From assembly GCA_015486895.1 (NCBI GenBank), contig WFQT01000188.1:1-40972 (forward strand): 40,972 bases of DNA, written 5' to 3'. A program made the position numbers and the translations under genes. Under the pieces are notes generated by a model. That model was given only the letters and a program-made list of their open reading frames with translations, had not been told where the DNA came from and searched no databases. The DNA comes from Anaerolineae bacterium (GTDB lineage: Bacteria > Chloroflexota > Anaerolineae > JAADDB01). Below are positions 36,413 through 40,972 of the stretch, in pieces (the stretch's first letter is position 1; every line of letters begins with the position of its first letter).

Positions 36413-37299
36413 CGGGGATAAAGTAGAACAAGAACGGCCATGATACATAGATAGCGTGGGCTCGCGCGGGTTTTTCTTTTCCTGCTCTGCTTGACTCGAA
36501 GGGACAGAGAGAGTATTATTCCTTGTATTGGAACACATTTAAACATAGATGCTTACGTTTTTAAAGCTCTTGGACACAATGATTGCAGAGTCGTCACAGC
36601 TTGCAGCAATGGAACACCAGAATAGTCCGATAGAAAAAGTAATCGCCGTATGTCGGACGGAAGTAAAGGTTGATCGAGCGTGGGAGGGAACAGAAAGTAT
36701 ATGGTGTGCCGGGTCAATTGAAGAAATGACTTCAGGCAAGATGGCCGAACCTTCTGAAGGCGAAACACCATTTCTGGACAAAGCGGGATTCAGTGAAGTG
36801 CTTCCGCCGTTTCTAAAGGTTTCCTTCGCTCAGGGCTGGTAGTGCGATTACTGCTGCTATTCTTGACCAATGACGCTTTTTTGGCTTTTGTCACGGTTTG
36901 TTGGATGGAACAATTCGTGTAAGCGACCTGTGCTAGATCGTTTCTTAAATCCCCATTCGCTGTTCCTGTGGCAGGCTACCTTTGGTTTTTTAGCGAGCTG
37001 GTGAAGGCTGACGGTTATACTTGGTGGAAAGTGAGTCGATGCACGGCTATGGGTTAGGCCGCTCAATAACTTGCTCGACTCTGTGCAATGCAATGGCTAT
37101 TGGCGGTTCTGTACTTTATAAATAGTGATGATTTCGCTCATTCAATCAAGAATGTGTTTTCATCGGCAAACTGGCGGGATTGTTAGCTTACAAAAAGCCT
37201 AAGTTGTTTTGTTGAAAGATGGTATCGCTTTTTGTGTTTCGTCTTGCTCGGGAAGGGAATAATGCTCTGCTAAGGGCTTTGCCCTGGACAATACTTTTA

Positions 37300-37323
37300 T
37301 AGAGTTAGTGTTAGAGTTAGTGT
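37300..37323 (+). promoter_or_regulatory. Perfect 12-bp tandem direct repeat, possible regulator site
   Basis: TAGAGTTAGTGT x2, about 90 nt upstream of ATG37413. The repeat is seen; its function is inferred only. Confidence 0.3.
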
Positions 37324-37412
37324 CTATCTCAACGGGAAACGAGGCGTGAATCGTTTTGTTTGACTGTCTGGCGGCAAGGGTCAAATAGAATGTGCGGAAG
37401 GAAGGGGAAAGT

Positions 37413-39230
37413 ATGTCAGGAAAGATGAGGCTGTTGTTAGTCATGTTATTCTTCGGCATTGGGCTGGTTATGTTGCCTCGCAGCGTGGTGTACGCACAGA
37501 ATGTGGGGGGCGGGGGTACGACGGCTTCCAATGCTCAGATGTACCTTAACTTGCTAACGCCGAATGCCTTTACGATATCCACCGTTGCTGTCAATCATCG
37601 GCAGAAAATGAATACTACCGGCCTCAATAATACTCTTCTCGGTAAGCAGTTCAAGACAGCCGGCAAAAGCCTGCAAGCCGTCAAAGCCATCGACAGCCCC
37701 AGAATCGATGGCGACCTTAGTGAATGGGCTAACGTGCCTTATGTGACGTTGAATGCCTCCACGGCGGACTACCATGCCGGCAAAGAACCTTATCCAAGCA
37801 CAACCGATTTGAGTATGAATGTTTTTTCCGCCTGGAATGATTCATTTGTTTGGTTTGCTTTCGCGGTCACAGACGATGTGATTGTAGAAGATAGTACATC
37901 TCTATGGAAGGACGATGAGATAGAGCTGGGTATTGATGGACTAAATGATCACGAGGCACACTGGTTTGAAGATGATCATCAGTATTTATTCACGGCCAAC
38001 GGTCGCGACAGTGACTTTGGGCAAAGGACGCCCACCGCTATAACTTTCGCCGTTCGGAGGGTGTTGGGCGGTTGGAACGTAGAGGTCCGAATTCCGCGTT
38101 CCGAACTTGGCTTTGCCAGCACGCCTTTGCTTGTCAACCAGATAATCGGTTTCAATTTGGGTCTTCATGACGATGATGATGGTGGTGATTATGATACCCA
38201 TCTCATTTGGCGCGGAAATAGTACAAACAACAGCCAGGATTATGGGAAGTTGATTCTGAGCGGGTTGACGTATGCCTTTCAAGCTACGCCCACGCCTGAA
38301 CCAACGGTTATCCCTACTGTTACCCCAACGCCTACACCTACGTCAATGCCTGCGCCTGATAACGACGACATAGATAGAGCTACGTACATATCGGTGTCTG
38401 CTGCTTCTTTTGCCAGCACATACACTGAAAAAACTTCAGGAGCCACGACTGCGGCAGATGATCCGAATCTGGAATGCGTTTCGGGTCAAAGATACCATTC
38501 AGTTTGGTATCGCATTACGCCATTGGTGAATAGTCGGCTAACGATTGATACTTTCGGGAGTCAGTACGACACAGTGTTGGCTGTCTGGACAGGAAAACGT
38601 GGTGCCTTGCATTCTGTTGGGTGCAATGATGACAGCGATGGACAATCTCAGTCCCGTCTCGCCGTTGATGTGCGGGCAGGGACAGTCTATTATATTGAAA
38701 TCGTTGGTTTCAGTGTAGAAAGCTATGGCAACCTCACTTTCAATGTGTACTCTGTTCCGTCAGTGTCCACTGCGACGCCTACACCTACGGCAATGTTTAC
38801 ACCGACGCCAACAAATACGCCTGCTCTGCAGTTCATTCCCTGGTTGCCGGTTCGTCACTTCGTGTGCGGCGCATATGAACCCAACAATAACAGATACCAA
38901 AATCCCTGGGGACCGCTTCTCACTGGCTATTCCTATAATGCTATGTTGTGTGCGAAAGATCCTGAGGACAACTATTATTTTGATACGACGACTACTGATA
39001 ACGTGCAGATTAGCTTGCAATTACCCAGCAAATTGGTCAGCCATACGGCAATCTGGCTTTATGCGCAAAGCGACTTGAACAAGACTGTCTGCGGCACCGG
39101 GCCGGTCACGGTAGCTGATTACAGTAAGACATGTCATATTACCCACACGGGGCGCTATATTATCAACATCTACACTGATGGCGTAGTAGACAATGTTCAT
39201 CCGTATATATTGCGGATGACTTACCGGTAG
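37413..39230 (+). CDS. Secreted protein with CBM9/DOMON-like sugar-binding domain, PxNDD/PPC-like domain and shared C-terminal CxxYEPNN domain
   Basis: Signal peptide; PRIDGDLSEW, AWNDSFVWFAFAVTDD, DEIELGID, VEVRIP, IGFNL..DDD; SVWY..IDTFGSQYDTVLAVW..GCNDD. Confidence 0.82.
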   Translation: MSGKMRLLLVMLFFGIGLVMLPRSVVYAQNVGGGGTTASNAQMYLNLLTPNAFTISTVAVNHRQKMNTTGLNNTLLGKQFKTAGKSLQAVKAIDSPRIDGDLSEWANVPYVTLNASTADYHAGKEPYPSTTDLSMNVFSAWNDSFVWFAFAVTDDVIVEDSTSLWKDDEIELGIDGLNDHEAHWFEDDHQYLFTANGRDSDFGQRTPTAITFAVRRVLGGWNVEVRIPRSELGFASTPLLVNQIIGFNLGLHDDDDGGDYDTHLIWRGNSTNNSQDYGKLILSGLTYAFQATPTPEPTVIPTVTPTPTPTSMPAPDNDDIDRATYISVSAASFASTYTEKTSGATTAADDPNLECVSGQRYHSVWYRITPLVNSRLTIDTFGSQYDTVLAVWTGKRGALHSVGCNDDSDGQSQSRLAVDVRAGTVYYIEIVGFSVESYGNLTFNVYSVPSVSTATPTPTAMFTPTPTNTPALQFIPWLPVRHFVCGAYEPNNNRYQNPWGPLLTGYSYNAMLCAKDPEDNYYFDTTTTDNVQISLQLPSKLVSHTAIWLYAQSDLNKTVCGTGPVTVADYSKTCHITHTGRYIINIYTDGVVDNVHPYILRMTYR

Positions 39231-39635
39231 GCGATAGTGTAACAAGCCTCCGAGAGAGACGGAGTTATAAAAAGAGTGTGGATAACCTCATTGTAACGGG
39301 CGACATTTTTCGATTCAGTACGCAAATGAACTTATCTTGTAGTGTCCTTCCGTTTTCGACGACAATCTTACCATGGGTTTGTGAAGGTTCTGTGAAGAGC
39401 TCCTGTTTTCTGGCAAGTTAACAGGGGCAGGTAGAGCATGACGCCCTGCGTTCTGTTTTCTATTTGTCATTTTTGGCTATCAATATTGACCGCTTGATAC
39501 GGGTTTCTGATATCAAGTTGATAAAGGTTTTGGGCTGTGATACGTTTGCCTAAGACAGATGCAACCAAAGGTGAGCCGATCGACTCAATATCATGTGGAA
39601 AGCAAACGTCACTACTCGCAAGGAGATATTTGTCA

Positions 39636-39663
39636 CAGCGGCGACACGTTGCCGCAGGGCAAA
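39636..39663. repeat. REP palindrome upstream of the RAYT
   Basis: CAGCGGCGACACGTTGCCGCAGGGCAAA, a near-copy of 40259-40288. Confidence 0.8.
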
Positions 39664-39676
39664 AACGGAGGACTGT

Positions 39677-40204
39677 ATGAACTGGCCACATGCTCCTACC
39701 CATTGGCTGTTCGAGCCGGGCATCTATGTTGTCACTGCAGCCACCTATAAAAAAGTGCACTACCTCAACACTCCGGTCCGGAAAGATTTCTTTCAACAAT
39801 CCTTGTTTGCCATCGCTGCAGAGTTTGGCTGGCGTTTGCAGGCTTGGGCGATTCTGATCAATCACTATCACTTTGTTGCAGCATCTCCTGAAAACCCGGA
39901 AACGTTGCGCCGATTGATCGGCAAACTACACATGACCACCGCCAAGGAAATTAACCGCCAGGATGGGCAGCATGGACGCAGAGTGTGGTATCAGTACTGG
40001 GATACTCGCGTTACCTATCAGAAATCTTATCTGGCGCGGTTGAATTATGTCAACAATAATCCTGTTAAGCATGGATTGGTGGGTAATGCCGAGAATTATC
40101 CCTGGTGCTCGGCAGCATGGTTTGCTCAGAATGCATCGCTGGCATTTGTAGAGACCGTAAAGCGGTTCAAAATAGATCGTGTGAACGTTTACGATGACTT
40201 TTGA
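39677..40204 (+). mobile_element. REP-associated tyrosine transposase (RAYT/TnpA-REP, Y1 HUH family)
   Basis: GIYVVTAAT, AWAILINHYH (HUH), VWYQYWD, NYVNNNPVKHGLV..YPWCS; GGAGG RBS before ATG39677; REPs on both sides. Confidence 0.88.
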
Positions 40205-40216
40205 TCTTGAATTGCG

Positions 40217-40320
40217 CTTTGGACTGCTTTGGACTGCGCTATCTTGATGGCGCTTTCAAAAGCGGCGACACGTCGCCGCAGACCAAAGTGGGCTGTGCCA
40301 CCTTGATGGCGCTTTCAAAG
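40217..40320. repeat. Cluster of three REP palindromes in alternating orientation (REPIN/BIME-like)
   Basis: CTTTGGACTGCGCTATCTTGATGGCGCTTT, AAAGCGGCGACACGTCGCCGCAGACCAAAG and GGGCTGTGCCACCTTGATGGCGCTTT, plus a tandem CTTTGGACTG duplication. Confidence 0.85.
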
Positions 40321-40330
40321 GCGGCCAGGC

Positions 40331-40903
40331 TCACAACCGCGTGCGCTGCTTGATCCGCCGCCCACGGCCGCGCGTTCGTCGCGGCGGACGAGGGGGCTGC
40401 ACGACGAAGGTGAGTTTCTCCAACATGTTCAACGACACTTCGGTCGGCACCAACTGTCCCAAGATGGTCAGCAGGACGCGAACACGCTCCGGGCCGGAAA
40501 GCTGGCGGTCGAACAAAGCGTACTTCCCTTTTAAGGCGCCTTTGGTAATGGCCACGCGATCACCTTTGTGGAAAAGCTGCCCCCGGGCGTAAACTTCCCC
40601 GCGCGTTTGGGCGATGTAAGCCCGGACACTCTCGATCACGTCTTCCGGAACCGGCAGGAGTTGGTTGTCGAATTTGGGCAGGCTGCGCACGCCCGGCGTT
40701 TGCCGAAGCGCGTAAATGGGGAATTCTTCCAGGTTCAGGCGCACAAACAAATAGTGCGGAAAAAACGGCACGCCCTCTTTTACCTGCCCCTCCGGAGACC
40801 AGAGAGGCAGGTAAACTTCCTGTTGGAGTATCGCCTCGATGAAAAAAGCAACCTTTTGTTCCCAGTGCGGCTTCGTATAAACCAAATACCATTGTACCGA
40901 CAT
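40331..40903 (-). CDS. NusG-family specialised antiterminator (RfaH/UpxY-like)
   Basis: NGN motifs WYLVYTKP..E, PFFPHYLFV, TPGV; KOW motif FHKGDRVAITKGALKG..RVRVLLTILG; GAGGAG RBS on the minus strand. Confidence 0.88.
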   Translation of the reverse strand: MSVQWYLVYTKPHWEQKVAFFIEAILQQEVYLPLWSPEGQVKEGVPFFPHYLFVRLNLEEFPIYALRQTPGVRSLPKFDNQLLPVPEDVIESVRAYIAQTRGEVYARGQLFHKGDRVAITKGALKGKYALFDRQLSGPERVRVLLTILGQLVPTEVSLNMLEKLTFVVQPPRPPRRTRGRGRRIKQRTRL

Positions 40904-40932
40904 ATGACGTACTCCTCAGAAAATAAAATGAG

Positions 40933-40972
40933 ACGCAGATAAACGCAGGCTGCGCACGCAGATAAAAAATCA
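40933..40972. repeat. ACGCAGAT short repeats, probably the left arm of a palindromic element cut by the window edge
   Basis: ACGCAGAT at 40933 and 40956, ACGCAGGC at 40943; followed by AAAAAATCA at the window end. Confidence 0.55.

Noticed and set aside
36453-36480. Possible intrinsic terminator after the last kinase
   Set aside because: A T-tract is present but I could not build a convincing stem directly before it.
36549-36842. 97-aa ORF in the 1-kb gap
   Set aside because: No clear RBS or recognisable motif; cannot be supported as a gene.
37360-37391. TTGACT...TAGAAT sigma70-like promoter
   Set aside because: The spacer is 20 nt, outside the usual 16-18.
39277-39285. Perfect DnaA box (TGTGGATAA)
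   Set aside because: Single copy, with no box cluster, unwinding element or replication genes noticed; compatible with chance.

Overview
About 39 kb of co-oriented (+ strand) genes, probably from a Chloroflexota (Anaerolineae-like) genome. That assignment is inferred from the Pro/Thr linkers, SH3b and PA14 surface proteins and the kinase style. The left end holds a double-FHA protein (5'-truncated by the window), a membrane-spanning vWA protein, and two adjacent large tubulin/FtsZ-like proteins (Tubulin_2/FtsZl1 type). The first keeps the GGTGSG GTP-binding signature; the second has lost it and carries a transmembrane hairpin. Eight Hanks-type Ser/Thr kinase loci follow: four canonical, two tandem paralogs with atypical DFD/alphaC-Ala motifs, one pseudokinase and one truncated fragment. 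They are interspersed with SH3b membrane proteins, an LppM-like lipoprotein and two secreted proteins (NHL+PA14; CBM9-like) that share a C-terminal domain. The right end has a REP-associated tyrosine transposase with flanking REPs and a convergent NusG/RfaH paralog in GC-richer DNA. The best candidate for an undescribed system is the active/inactive, membrane-anchored tubulin-like pair wired to a vWA receptor, FHA adaptor and a diversifying kinase array. All domain calls come from motifs read by eye; no searches were run.
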